Positions 9,821 through 19,898 of a DNA stretch of 64,000 nucleotides are shown here, in pieces. Position 1 is the first letter of the stretch. Each line of letters opens with the position of its first letter. The notes beneath the pieces were generated by a model. The model saw nothing but the letters and a program-made list of their open reading frames with translations, ran no database searches and was not told the DNA's origin. This DNA is from an uncultured Enterobacteriaceae bacterium (GTDB lineage: Bacteria > Pseudomonadota > Gammaproteobacteria > Eutrophobiales > Eutrophobiaceae): NCBI GenBank assembly GCA_964523895.1, contig CAZGBJ010000001.1:93633-157632 (forward strand), given 5' to 3'. The position numbers and the translations under genes were made by a program.

Positions 9821-10518
9821 TTACGGACTTTATGGAAACGTCTGGCTAATGTGTATTTACTAATAGCCATTCTTTCGGAATTAATTGATGATAATACATT
9901 CTTTAAATATCCAGGAAAAAAATTGTCATACTTTATTTCCAGTATTTGTTTGCCTTCAAGAATTACTGGCATCATATCTTTTACAGATGAAAACAAATCA
10001 AGGTGGTTTATATTCGAACGTAAACCTTGATCAAACGTCACTCTAATATTAGAAACAGGCAAAACATAAGCAACTCGATTATATTCAACGATCACTTTAG
10101 GTTTATAGAGCTTTGTAACAAAGGTGGTGTAAATTTCATTAAGAACAGGGTTATTTTTACCTAATAGCACAGTATAGTTACCCAGACATACTTGTTCAGC
10201 CTCTTCTTTGCTAATTATCGCAACATCTTTTTTTACAATTTGCCCCTGTTTACGCTTTATCTCAAATTTTACAGACTCATTGGCTCCGTCACCGTAGGTA
10301 CGTAATCGAATTTTTTTTCGCAATAGATTTCCTGACTGCTTCTCATATAAGCATTCATCGTCGTGCGAATCAAAGTAAAGACTACGTACACGATAACCTT
10401 GTTGATTCTTACAGTATGCATCGACATCCATCAACGAATTTAATTGATGTAACGATCTGTCAGATTGAATCTCGTTGAGATAGAATTTTAATTCGTAACG
10501 TTTTGATTGTATTTGCAC
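9805..10518 (-). CDS. VTC-domain (polyphosphate polymerase-like, CYTH/triphosphate tunnel) protein
   Basis: KRYELKFYL...VRSLYFDSHDDECLY...KKIRLRTYGD...KFEIKRK...YNRVAY...IRVTFDQGL...ILEIKYD...ISKYTLARRF follows the VTC-domain pattern: basic tunnel residues and the RxR/KxK, RxTxD and EIK motifs. Confidence 0.75.
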   Translation of the reverse strand: MQIQSKRYELKFYLNEIQSDRSLHQLNSLMDVDAYCKNQQGYRVRSLYFDSHDDECLYEKQSGNLLRKKIRLRTYGDGANESVKFEIKRKQGQIVKKDVAIISKEEAEQVCLGNYTVLLGKNNPVLNEIYTTFVTKLYKPKVIVEYNRVAYVLPVSNIRVTFDQGLRSNINHLDLFSSVKDMMPVILEGKQILEIKYDNFFPGYLKNVLSSINSERMAISKYTLARRFHKVRKWEDN

Positions 10519-10725
10519 TGATATAAAGTAATTTATATTTTTATAAATTTTATTTAATAGTTAACAATTTCTTTAATTCTGAAGAAATATATCATGTATG
10601 ACTGACAATATATTTCAACTAGTACTTACGTTATTGATTTCACAATTACACTTTAATTTATTTCGTATTAGATGAAAGATTGAATAACTTAATGTTTTTT
10701 CACAATAATATCTTTAGTAAAAACA

Positions 10726-10786
10726 TGACAATCTTGTCACTTTATGACAACAAAAGTCATTTTTATCGATTCGATATCAGTCGAAT
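10726..10786. promoter_or_regulatory. Cluster of three palindromes, candidate enhancer/UAS sites: TGACAAtcTTGTCA, ATGACaacaaaaGTCAT, ATCGAtTCGAT/ATTCGAtatcagTCGAAT
   Basis: Perfect inverted repeats read directly at 10726-10739, 10744-10760 and 10765-10786. They lie 75-135 bp upstream of the sigma-54 -24/-12 element of pilin 1, which is the position expected for a bacterial enhancer-binding protein such as PilR. They could instead serve the divergent VTC operon. Confidence 0.3.
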
Positions 10787-10858
10787 TTATTTTTATATGT
10801 TTCATTAAATTATTGAATATATTAGGAATATTTATTATATCTGTGTTTCTACCAATTC

Positions 10859-10875
10859 TGGCATAAGCTCTGCTT
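10859..10875 (+). promoter_or_regulatory. Sigma-54 (RpoN) -24/-12 promoter for pilin gene 1
   Basis: TGGCATaagctcTGCTT has GG and GC at the canonical 10-nt spacing (consensus TGGCAC-N5-TTGCW). It lies ~95 nt upstream of the pilin ATG. The sigma-54-dependent activator PilR is encoded nearby. Confidence 0.55.
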
Positions 10876-10968
10876 AACAGTAAACACCTCAAACTGAGGT
10901 AAAAACTATAGTTTTTGTAATCAGTTTTAAACTTATATAAACAAATCCATACAAACGGAGATTTTATA

Positions 10969-11388
10969 ATGAAACAAATGAAGAAAATCACTAGTACAAG
11001 TGAAAGAGGTTTTACTCTTATCGAATTAATGATTGTGGTTGCTATTATCGGTATTCTTGCCGCAGTAGCAATTCCGTCATATCGTGCATATGTTGCTGAA
11101 TCACACGGTGGTGCAGCAATGAAAGGTGTAGGTGCTTATGTATCTCAATCTCAAGTATGTGTCGAAACAGGTGTTGGCTGTACTGAATTAACTACCAGTG
11201 CTGGTGCTGATGCTGCGGTCACTTTAACCTCTGTTTCTGAAGGCGCTACTAGCTCAACCGTCGCATATAACGAAGGTGCCTGTATTATTACTGCTACCCT
11301 TGTTGCTGCATCTGTAACCTATGTTGCAACTGTTGGTACTGCAGGTGGTGCAACAGCTGCACAGTGTCAATCTGGCGCAGGTCTATAA
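10969..11388 (+). CDS. pilA: Type IVa major pilin (PilA-like), copy 1
   Basis: Leader ends ...SERG followed by [24 protein letters not shown], the class III signal peptide and N-terminal helix. GGAG RBS. Four Cys residues (one C-x6-C pair plus a C-terminal disulfide loop). Ser/Thr/Ala/Gly-rich C-terminal domain. Confidence 0.9.
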   Translation: MKQMKKITSTSERGFTLIELMIVVAIIGILAAVAIPSYRAYVAESHGGAAMKGVGAYVSQSQVCVETGVGCTELTTSAGADAAVTLTSVSEGATSSTVAYNEGACIITATLVAASVTYVATVGTAGGATAAQCQSGAGL

Positions 11389-11412
11389 TTCTTAGATTAT
11401 AGAAACGTTACT

Positions 11413-11442
11413 AAAAAGACCCGCTGATGCGGGTCTTTTTAA
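11413..11442 (+). terminator. Rho-independent terminator after pilin 1
   Basis: aaaaAGACCCGCtgatGCGGGTCTtttt: an 8-bp GC-rich stem, 4-nt loop and T-run, A-tract upstream, so it is bidirectional in form. Confidence 0.8.
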
Positions 11443-11632
11443 ATAATAATAAAGATTTATGTGGTTCTGTGCTTAGTTGTTATTTACATCGATTCATAAG
11501 GTGTTTATTCATCTCAACCAAAAGATACATCTAGTCACATCCATGGGGAATGGATAGACGCTCAAAAGCTATATTCGCGTTGACTCCATTTACAGAAAAA
11601 ATATTTTTTGTATATCGTGAAGGAGTAAACTC

Positions 11633-12040
11633 ATGAATAATAAACACTCATCTCAACAGGGTTTTACCTTAATTGAATTAATGATCGTTGTTGCGATTAT
11701 CGGTATTCTTGCCGCAGTAGCAATTCCATCATATCGTGCTTATGTTGCTGAATCACATGGTGGTGCAGCTATGAAAGGGGTCAGTGCTTATGTGGCTCAG
11801 TCTCAAGCTTGCATTGAAACAGGTGTCGGTTGTACAGAATTAGCTACTAGTGCCGGTGGTGATGCAGCAGTCACTTTAACCTCTGTTTCTGAAGCTGCTA
11901 CCAGCTCAACCGTCGCATATAATGAAGGTGCTTGTATCGTTACTGCTACCCTCACTGCCGCATCTGTGGCCTATGTTGCAACTGTTGGTACTGCAGGTGG
12001 AGCAACAGCTGCACAGTGCCAAGCCGGAGCAGGTTTATAA
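11633..12040 (+). CDS. Type IVa major pilin, copy 2 (tandem paralog)
   Basis: Different leader ([10 protein letters not shown]). The mature protein differs from copy 1 at ~11 of 125 positions. AGGAG RBS. Confidence 0.9.
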   Translation: MNNKHSSQQGFTLIELMIVVAIIGILAAVAIPSYRAYVAESHGGAAMKGVSAYVAQSQACIETGVGCTELATSAGGDAAVTLTSVSEAATSSTVAYNEGACIVTATLTAASVAYVATVGTAGGATAAQCQAGAGL

Positions 12041-12189
12041 TTATAAAACTGTTGAAATGTTACTAAAAAGATTTGTGTAGGTTTGCACTTAGTTGTTATA
12101 AAGTTACCAATTTCATTAGCTACTAAGTGTCATACTTACAAAGAGTTACAATCTTGTTATTCGTAAACAAATTTTCAACCCAATTCCGG

Positions 12190-13515
12190 TTATTTATTAA
12201 GACCATACTTATCTAAACGATAGCGTAAAACGCGTAAGCTTATACCCAATTTTTTCGCTGCCGCTGTTCGATTCCATTTAGTCTGCTCAAGCACTTCCAG
12301 AATAGCGTTTCGTTCTATGTCATCTAGTTGATTGACCAATGAAGCCGATTTCAGCTTATCTTGCTCGTTTTCGCCCTTACTTTTCTTGTCACTTAACAAT
12401 AAACCTTCTGGTTCAATTACATCGCTTTCAGCAAGCGTGAGTGCACGCTCAAGAATATTTTCCAGTTCACGAATATTGCCAGGGAAGTGATAAGTTTGAA
12501 GCTTACTTAAAGCCTCTGTAGATAAACGCGCTATCTGTTCTCCCGACTTATCTGCCATTTGCAACAAAATATGATTCACCAGGGAAACAATATCTTCCAT
12601 ACGATCTCTCAAAGCAGGAACATGAATTTCTATAACATTAATTCGATAATATAAATCCTTGCGAAAACTTTCCTGTTCCACCATCGCAGATAGTTGCTTA
12701 TGTGTTGCGCTTAAAATGCGTATGTCGATTTCTATTTCTTCTTGCGCGCCGACAGGTCGAATGCGTTTCTCCTGAATAGCACGTAATAATTTAACCTGAA
12801 GATGTAAGGGTAAATCCGCTACTTCATCAAGAAATAAAGTCCCTCCTTCAGCTGTATGAAGTAAACCTTCTTTATCAGAATCTGCGCCGGTAAAACTGCC
12901 TTTTTTGTGTCCAAAAAATTCACTTTCCATTAATTCATGCGGAATAGCACCACAATTAACCGGAACAAATGGTTTGTTAGTACGTGGACCAATATCATGA
13001 ATCATTCTTGCTACCAATTCTTTACCTGTACCCGATTCGCCGCTGATATGTATTGGTGCCTGACTACGAGCAACTTTATTAATCGTGTTATGCAATTCTC
13101 GAATGACGGTACTATCACCGACGATCGTTGCCTTTGAAGTATTATCACTTAAACCTGAATGCAAAGCATTTTGCACCACTGTTCTTAATGAATTTAAATC
13201 AATGGGTTTTGTCAGGAAATCAAACGCACCATATTTTAATGCCTGGATAGCACTATCCATACTTCCATGAGCGGTGATTACAGCAATAGGTATTTGTGGA
13301 AAATTCGCTTGTAATTCATTAACAAATTCTACACCATTGCCGTCGGGCAATTTCATATCTGTCAGACACAAATCAAATTTATATTGATCTAACAATAATC
13401 GCGCCTTGGCAAGATCCTCTGCGCAATGACAATCAATTTGCATCCGTTGCAGTGTTATCTGCAACAGCTCCCGAATATCTGGCTCATCATCAATGATTAA
13501 CGCAAGTTGCGACAT
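12190..13515 (-). CDS. pilR: Sigma-54-dependent response regulator PilR (NtrC family)
   Basis: REC domain (IIDDEPDIRELL...DMKLPDGNG), AAA+ sigma-54 activation domain (GESGTGKELVARMIH, GAFTGA) and a C-terminal Fis-type HTH. Very close to the P. aeruginosa PilR N-terminus. Confidence 0.9.
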   Translation of the reverse strand: MSQLALIIDDEPDIRELLQITLQRMQIDCHCAEDLAKARLLLDQYKFDLCLTDMKLPDGNGVEFVNELQANFPQIPIAVITAHGSMDSAIQALKYGAFDFLTKPIDLNSLRTVVQNALHSGLSDNTSKATIVGDSTVIRELHNTINKVARSQAPIHISGESGTGKELVARMIHDIGPRTNKPFVPVNCGAIPHELMESEFFGHKKGSFTGADSDKEGLLHTAEGGTLFLDEVADLPLHLQVKLLRAIQEKRIRPVGAQEEIEIDIRILSATHKQLSAMVEQESFRKDLYYRINVIEIHVPALRDRMEDIVSLVNHILLQMADKSGEQIARLSTEALSKLQTYHFPGNIRELENILERALTLAESDVIEPEGLLLSDKKSKGENEQDKLKSASLVNQLDDIERNAILEVLEQTKWNRTAAAKKLGISLRVLRYRLDKYGLNK

Positions 13516-13517
13516 AT

Positions 13518-15131
13518 TTATACCAGTTCACCTTGTTTGTCAGTGTGCATAAAATTCAGTCTAAATGTTGTGCCATATTCTGAAGTTGAGTGTAAATTTA
13601 AATTTGCCTGATTGGCCTCGCATAATTCACGAGCAAGATATAATCCCAAACCCGAGCCCTGTGTCTCTGTTGTAAAAAAAGGTTCGAAAAGATGTTCTTT
13701 AATTTTTTCGGACACTCCAGAACCCGTATCAATGATATCAATATACGGTCTTTGTATTTCCTCGTTAATATCACAAGATAAAGTAATAACGGGCTTGCTC
13801 TGACTATAACGTATCGCATTCTCACAAAGATTCCAGACAACCTGATGTAATTGAGATGGATCCATTCTGACAAGAATATTTTCTCTCATTACCTCAAGTG
13901 CGATATCTCCGCTGGATAAATTATGCCTGGATTCAAATTCGTTAATAAATTTTTTCATCCAGGAAATTATTTCAAAATCTTCTAACGTTGCCTGATCTCT
14001 GCGACTAATACTTAGTACATTTTCAATAATATTGTTAACACGAAGAGAATGCTCATTAATAATTTCAGTTAAGCGTTTATCCTCCAGGCAGATCGTATCA
14101 GATTCTTGCAATAACTGACCTGCATGATTAATTGCGCCCAAAGGGTTCCTGACTTCATGTGCAATACTTGCTGTTAATCTTCCTAATGAAGCAAGTTTTA
14201 GATGCTGGGCTCGCTGTCTCAACCTCGCTATATCTTCAAGGAAAACTAAGATCTGATAATTTATTCCTAATGTTAATTTAATAAATGAAACCTGCAACTC
14301 GGCTTCATATTCATTTAGTTTAATAATTACATTTTGCATTCCATTGTTATTTAGCCAGTCATCTATATAAGCTTTCAGATAGTTATTTATAAAATGGAAA
14401 ATTTTATGTGTGTCTCCTTGCTGTTGCCCCAATAACTGTTTAGATGATTCATTAATAAGTAATACATTCATATTGCTATCAAGAACAATAATCCCTGATT
14501 GCATGCGCTGAACAATATGCTCATTTAATTTTGCTAATTCATTTATTTCTATAGCCTGCTGCTCAGCCAATGCTTCCGTTTCGCGTACTCGCGCAGCTAA
14601 AAGATTTCCAATAATAGCTGTGATAAAGAATGTTGCACCGAGCATTCCAGCGTGAATGTAGTTTACCCTGTCGAAGAAGAGGACGAATTGAACATACAGC
14701 TCGTGTCCCAGGACAAATAGTGTTGCAATTGCAGCAAAAAGTATCGAGATCCTTCCTTCTCGTAGTATGCTACCACCAGCAACTGCAATAATGATTAACA
14801 GACCAAAACCGCTACCAAGACCACTGCTCGAGTACATCAATAATCCCAACATAATGATGTCTAGCAGGACATGAAATGCAATTTGAATATTAAATCCGGG
14901 GCTCTGCTGCAGAATAAACCAGCTAAAAATGAAAGCCGCAAATAAATAAATGTGGCTAGTTACTGAAAAAAAATGAGCATTCATACTACCCAATGGCGCA
15001 GGCAGTTGGCCTATGTAGACCAAAATGACAAATAAACCGGAAAGCAAAACTCGATAATTATTAAAATACCGTAATGCACGCCAATCCATGGATTTGGTCT
15101 GCTTCCGTATTATTTTATTAGCTTTATCCAT
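13518..15131 (-). CDS. pilS: Sensor histidine kinase PilS
   Basis: Six N-terminal TM helices, an H-box (ASIAHEVRNPL) and an HATPase domain (N, G1 and G2 boxes). Lies immediately upstream of pilR, with 2 nt between them. Confidence 0.85.
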   Translation of the reverse strand: MDKANKIIRKQTKSMDWRALRYFNNYRVLLSGLFVILVYIGQLPAPLGSMNAHFFSVTSHIYLFAAFIFSWFILQQSPGFNIQIAFHVLLDIIMLGLLMYSSSGLGSGFGLLIIIAVAGGSILREGRISILFAAIATLFVLGHELYVQFVLFFDRVNYIHAGMLGATFFITAIIGNLLAARVRETEALAEQQAIEINELAKLNEHIVQRMQSGIIVLDSNMNVLLINESSKQLLGQQQGDTHKIFHFINNYLKAYIDDWLNNNGMQNVIIKLNEYEAELQVSFIKLTLGINYQILVFLEDIARLRQRAQHLKLASLGRLTASIAHEVRNPLGAINHAGQLLQESDTICLEDKRLTEIINEHSLRVNNIIENVLSISRRDQATLEDFEIISWMKKFINEFESRHNLSSGDIALEVMRENILVRMDPSQLHQVVWNLCENAIRYSQSKPVITLSCDINEEIQRPYIDIIDTGSGVSEKIKEHLFEPFFTTETQGSGLGLYLARELCEANQANLNLHSTSEYGTTFRLNFMHTDKQGELV

Positions 15132-15315
15132 AATTATTCAGATTAAATATAAATTTTGGCACATTAATTGAGTATAAATCACACAAATAGGATTAAAATG
15201 AGAAAAAGCTATCTTAAATATTTCAAAAAATACATGTCTTGACTATATTTAAAGAAAAATAGCGTGTTTCCGATATATACCCATGACTCTCAATCTAGCA
15301 CTATAAGGATATAAC

Positions 15316-16485
15316 ATGAACTTACACGAATATCAGGCAAAAAAGCTGTTTGCTGACTATGGCGTTCCCGTTCCAGCTGGCAAACCCGCACATTCTATCA
15401 AAGAGGTACTGCGCAACGCTGCTGAACTAGGTGGTGATAGCTGGGTAGTCAAGGCACAAGTGCACGCGGGTGGCCGAGGAAAAGCCGGTGGCGTAAAATT
15501 AGTTAGCGGAACAGAGGAACTCGAGTCTGTCGCCCGTTCATTACTCGGGTCTCAACTTATTACAAAGCAATCCGCACCGACAGGACAACCAGTTAATTGC
15601 TTGCTGATATCATCAGTTTCCAACATTGATAAAGAATTATATCTTGGCATCGTTGTTGACCGTGCCAGTCGTCGCGTTGCTATCATGGCATCTACCGAAG
15701 GCGGGATGGATATAGAAGAAGTCGCCGCCACACAACCTGAAAAAATCATCAGTATCACTATCGACCCTATCCTTGGTTTACAGGATCACCAAAGTCGGCA
15801 AATTGGTTTTGCCCTGGGATTTGATGATAAACAACGCAAGCAGCTAAGTTCTATATTAAAGGGTTTGTATAATCTGTATGTCGAGAAAGATCTGAATCTG
15901 GTTGAAATAAATCCACTCATCATTGATGGGGAAGGCAATCTTGAAGCCCTGGATGCCAAAGTTGCCATTGATGATAATGCCTTGTTTCGACAACCAAATC
16001 TGGAGGAATGGCATGATCCAAGTCAGGAAGACGAAAAAGAAAGTATTGCCAAACGTTTTGACCTCAACTATATCACTCTGGATGGAAATATAGCCTGCAT
16101 GGTCAATGGTGCCGGATTAGCAATGGCAACCATGGATATCATCAAATTGCATGGTGGTGATCCCGCTAACTTTCTCGACGTGGGTGGCGGTGCTACCGCA
16201 GAGAGAGTGGCAGAAGCATTCAAACTAATTGTTTCTGACAAAAATGTTGAAGCTATTCTGGTCAATATTTTTGGTGGTATCGTCCGTTGTGACTTGATTG
16301 CAGAAGGTATTATAAAGGCGGTAAAAGAAGTTGGTGTTGAGGTCCCCGTCGTCGTTAGACTGGAAGGTACAAAAGTGAATGAAGGTAAGGCATTGCTTGC
16401 CGATAGTGGTCTAACAATAACCACTGCCGATGACTTGACGGACGCAGCTAAAAAAGTAGTCGCTGCAGCAGAAGGAGCACAATAA
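15316..16485 (+). CDS. sucC: Succinyl-CoA synthetase beta subunit
   Basis: [19 protein letters not shown]-terminus, ATP-grasp fold, 389 aa. Confidence 0.95.
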   Translation: MNLHEYQAKKLFADYGVPVPAGKPAHSIKEVLRNAAELGGDSWVVKAQVHAGGRGKAGGVKLVSGTEELESVARSLLGSQLITKQSAPTGQPVNCLLISSVSNIDKELYLGIVVDRASRRVAIMASTEGGMDIEEVAATQPEKIISITIDPILGLQDHQSRQIGFALGFDDKQRKQLSSILKGLYNLYVEKDLNLVEINPLIIDGEGNLEALDAKVAIDDNALFRQPNLEEWHDPSQEDEKESIAKRFDLNYITLDGNIACMVNGAGLAMATMDIIKLHGGDPANFLDVGGGATAERVAEAFKLIVSDKNVEAILVNIFGGIVRCDLIAEGIIKAVKEVGVEVPVVVRLEGTKVNEGKALLADSGLTITTADDLTDAAKKVVAAAEGAQ

Positions 16486-17357
16486 TGGCCATTCTAATTA
16501 ACAAGGATACTAAAGTTATTGTTCAAGGCTTTACCGGTCGCCAAGGTACTTTCCACGCTGAACAAGCGATAGATTACGGAACCCAGATAGTCGGTGGCGT
16601 GACACCCGGTAGAGGTGGAGAAAAACACCTTAAACAACCCGTATTTGATACCGTTGCCGATGCCGTCGATGGCACTGGCGCAAATGCGAGCATGATTATG
16701 GTTCCTGCCGCTTATGCTGCGGAAGCAATCACAGAAGCGGCTGAAGCCGGAATTGCTATCATCGTCTGCATCACAGAGGGTATACCTGTTATTGACATGG
16801 TCAAAGTCAGGTCATATCTGGAACAGTTTCCTGACATTCGTCTTGTTGGGCCAAATTGTCCCGGTCTTATCACACCTGATCAATGTAAGATCGGTATTAT
16901 GCCGGGCAGTATTCATAAATCTGGAAACATTGGTATTGTTTCTCGCTCCGGCACTTTGACTTATGAAGCAGTTCATCAAACCACACAAAATGGGCTCGGA
17001 CAAAGTACCTGTGTCGGTATTGGCGGCGATCCAATACATGGGATGAACTTCATAGACTGTCTAGGCCTGTTTGAAGAGGACTCTGATACCAAGGGAATTA
17101 TCATGGTGGGTGAAATTGGCGGCACTGCTGAAGAAGAAGCTGCACAATTTATTAAAGAAAACGTCACTAAACCTGTCGTTGGCTATATCGCTGGCGTCAC
17201 TGCCCCTCCTGGAAAGAGAATGGGGCATGCGGGCGCAATTATTTCAGGCGGCAAAGGCACAGCCGATGATAAGTTTGCTGCACTTGAAGATGCCAATGTT
17301 AAAACGGTACGTTCTCCAGGCGATCTTGGTATGGCAATTGCCGAACGACTTTCGTAA
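16485..17357 (+). CDS. sucD: Succinyl-CoA synthetase alpha subunit
   Basis: [22 protein letters not shown], the catalytic His region GHAGAII, and start overlap (ATGA) with sucC. Confidence 0.95.
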   Translation: MAILINKDTKVIVQGFTGRQGTFHAEQAIDYGTQIVGGVTPGRGGEKHLKQPVFDTVADAVDGTGANASMIMVPAAYAAEAITEAAEAGIAIIVCITEGIPVIDMVKVRSYLEQFPDIRLVGPNCPGLITPDQCKIGIMPGSIHKSGNIGIVSRSGTLTYEAVHQTTQNGLGQSTCVGIGGDPIHGMNFIDCLGLFEEDSDTKGIIMVGEIGGTAEEEAAQFIKENVTKPVVGYIAGVTAPPGKRMGHAGAIISGGKGTADDKFAALEDANVKTVRSPGDLGMAIAERLS

Positions 17358-17411
17358 ATATTATATCTACTTGGTAAACTTCTGACTTATGGGTATAGTC
17401 CCTCCGTTTTC

Positions 17412-19064
17412 TTGTCGCCACTTGAAATTATGTCAGATAATTCATTGCACATTCTTCTTGCCCAATTAAATCTCACCGTTGGAGATATAGAAGGCAATAC
17501 AAAAAAGATAATTGAGTCTATCAATGACGCCGAATTTAAATATGAGGCTGATATTATTGTCTTCCCTGAATTAAGTATCAGTTCCTATCCTCCGGAAGAT
17601 CTATTATTACGTCCTGCATTTAATCAATATATTAAAACGGCATTAGAAAAAATCGTAGCAGAAACTAAAAACATCCATGTAATACTTGGCTATCCAACAA
17701 AACAAAACGACAAACTCTATAATGCATGCAGCCTCATCTACAAAGGGGAAATTAAACAAACTTACTATAAACAACATCTTCCAAATTACGGTGTGTTTGA
17801 TGAAAAGCGATATTTCACTCCTGCAAATGAAACCTGTATTTTTAATATTAAAGGTATCACCGCAGCATTAAGTATATGTGAAGATATATGGGTTTCTAAG
17901 CCTATTGCCTCCGCTGCTGCTGCTGGCGCTAAAATCATGTTTAACATTAACGCTTCGCCTTATCATAAAAACAAGCTCGACGAACGTGAAAAGATAATTT
18001 CAAAACGAGCGCAAAATTCTGAAATGTATGTCGTTTACACTAATTTAGTTGGTGGTCAGGATGAACTTGTCTTTGATGGCAACTCTATGGTCGTTAATAA
18101 TAATGGTGAACTTGTTTTTCATGCACCACAATTTGAAGAAGGTTTGTTCGGTGTCCATTTGGATATTAAACAAGCTGAAAAGAAGAAAGAAGAAAAAACA
18201 ACTCAGCCTGATTTGATTGAGGAGGAAAATATTTATAACGCATTGGTTCTGGGCGTACAAGACTATGTAGGAAAAAATAATTTTAAAGGGGCTATTATCG
18301 GTTTATCTGGCGGAATTGATTCTGCATTAACATTGAGCATCGCTGTAGATGCTTTAGGTTCGGAGAATGTTGAAGCTTTAATTATGCCTTCGCGTTTTAC
18401 TGCGGATATGAGTAATGAAGATGCCTGTCTACAGGCACAAACACTTGGCGTGAAGCATGAAATAATCTCTATTGAACAACCTTTTGAATCTTTTCTTAAA
18501 GTGCTTGAACCACGCTTTAAAGATTTACCAACCGACACCACTGAGGAAAACATACAAGCACGTTGCAGAGGAATTCTGTTGATGGCTGCTTCAAATAAAA
18601 GCGGCAAACTGATTTTAACTACCGGCAACAAAAGCGAAATGGCTGTTGGCTATGCAACTTTGTATGGTGATATGGCAGGCGGCTACGCTCCGCTTAAAGA
18701 TGTATGGAAAACTCTGGTGTATCGATTAGCAAAGTGGCGCAACACAAAACAACAAGTTATTCCTGAAAGAGTAATAAGCCGACCACCTACTGCAGAATTA
18801 CGTCACGAACAATTAGATCAGGATTCATTACCTGATTATGAAATATTGGATCCGATTCTTGAGCAATACATTGAACTTGATACACATCCAAAACAGATTA
18901 TTGAAAATGGCCACGATGCTAACACTGTATATAAAGTAATTAGTCTGGTAGATAAAAATGAATATAAACGAAGACAAGCAGCGCCAGGCGTTCGAATAAC
19001 AGAAAGAGCCTTTGGCAGAGATCGACGCTACCCTATCAGTTCAGCTTATATAGAAAAAGAGTAG
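17412..19064 (+). CDS. nadE: Glutamine-dependent NAD+ synthetase (N-terminal nitrilase domain plus NAD synthetase domain)
   Basis: Carbon-nitrogen hydrolase N-terminus (FPELSISSYPPEDL, catalytic Cys region ICEDIW) and the PP-loop SGGIDSAL in the C-terminal half. 550 aa. Confidence 0.9.
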   Translation: MSPLEIMSDNSLHILLAQLNLTVGDIEGNTKKIIESINDAEFKYEADIIVFPELSISSYPPEDLLLRPAFNQYIKTALEKIVAETKNIHVILGYPTKQNDKLYNACSLIYKGEIKQTYYKQHLPNYGVFDEKRYFTPANETCIFNIKGITAALSICEDIWVSKPIASAAAAGAKIMFNINASPYHKNKLDEREKIISKRAQNSEMYVVYTNLVGGQDELVFDGNSMVVNNNGELVFHAPQFEEGLFGVHLDIKQAEKKKEEKTTQPDLIEEENIYNALVLGVQDYVGKNNFKGAIIGLSGGIDSALTLSIAVDALGSENVEALIMPSRFTADMSNEDACLQAQTLGVKHEIISIEQPFESFLKVLEPRFKDLPTDTTEENIQARCRGILLMAASNKSGKLILTTGNKSEMAVGYATLYGDMAGGYAPLKDVWKTLVYRLAKWRNTKQQVIPERVISRPPTAELRHEQLDQDSLPDYEILDPILEQYIELDTHPKQIIENGHDANTVYKVISLVDKNEYKRRQAAPGVRITERAFGRDRRYPISSAYIEKE

Positions 19065-19068
19065 CCTG

Positions 19069-19845
19069 TTATTTTACTTTCACATTTTTTACGTCATACG
19101 TGCCCGGATGGTTCGGGTAATTTAATTCTAATACGCGTAAGGCATCATCCGAAAGATCATTCATTTCCATTACACGATACGCTTTTGCCATAACAACTAA
19201 CGCATCAGGAACGGCTGGTGTGCGTGGATAATTTTCTACCACATATCTTGCTCTATTCGCAGCGGCAACAAATGCACCTCGGCGCATATAATAATTCGCA
19301 ACATGAACTTCGTTTTTTGCCAGAATGTTTCGTAAATATCGCATCCGCTGTTCTGAATCAGCAACATATTCGCTATCTGGGTAGCGTTTCACCAACTCGG
19401 AAAAAGACTGAAAAGCATTAAGAGCAGCACCAGGATCACGTTGCGATTCATCCGTAGGCAAATAACGCTGTGTAAAACCTTTGCCTTTATTAAAATTTGC
19501 CAGACCTTTCAAATAGTACGCATAATCAACATGTTTATTTTGAGGGTACAATTTGATAAAACGATCGCATGCTGACACTGATGCTTCAGGTTCATCATTC
19601 TTATAATAAGCATAAGATAAATCCAGTAATGCCTGTTGTGCATAAACCCCAAACGGGTATCTTGTTTCCAGTTTCTGATATAGCTCAACCGCTTCTGAAT
19701 AATCTCCAGACTCCAGAGCTCCTTTTGCTTCAGCATAAAAATGATCCGCATTCCAACCTGCAGTCTCATCTTCCTCCTCGTCACCACCAAAATAAGAACA
19801 AGCGGAAATAAAAAAAATCAGTAAAAAAGTGATTAAATGTCGCAT
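19069..19845 (-). CDS. bamD: Outer membrane protein assembly factor BamD (TPR lipoprotein)
   Basis: Lipobox ISACS, TPR repeats, and the conserved arrangement divergent from rluD (as E. coli yfiO/rluD). Confidence 0.85.
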   Translation of the reverse strand: MRHLITFLLIFFISACSYFGGDEEEDETAGWNADHFYAEAKGALESGDYSEAVELYQKLETRYPFGVYAQQALLDLSYAYYKNDEPEASVSACDRFIKLYPQNKHVDYAYYLKGLANFNKGKGFTQRYLPTDESQRDPGAALNAFQSFSELVKRYPDSEYVADSEQRMRYLRNILAKNEVHVANYYMRRGAFVAAANRARYVVENYPRTPAVPDALVVMAKAYRVMEMNDLSDDALRVLELNYPNHPGTYDVKNVKVK

Positions 19846-19898
19846 AGACTGTAGGTTAGCCTAATCCTATCTTAAGGGCAAAGCTTAGAAATATAGCC

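Noticed and set aside
10737-10991. 84-aa minus-strand ORF overlapping the pilin promoter and start
   Set aside because: AT-rich intergenic DNA carrying the sigma-54 promoter and palindromes. It is antisense to the pilin start.
11443-11632. Search for a sigma-54 promoter upstream of pilin copy 2
   Set aside because: No GG-N10-GC element was found. Only a weak TTGACT with a poor -10 is present. Reported as an absence, not as a feature.
15158-15174. TGGCACattaatTGAGt, a sigma-54-like motif upstream of sucC
   Set aside because: The -12 element has GA instead of the essential GC. sucCD are not expected RpoN targets, so this is probably a chance match.
16068-17385. Several 60-120-aa ORFs antisense to, or out of frame within, sucC/sucD
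   Set aside because: All are nested in strongly supported succinyl-CoA synthetase genes. They have no RBS and are compositional artefacts.
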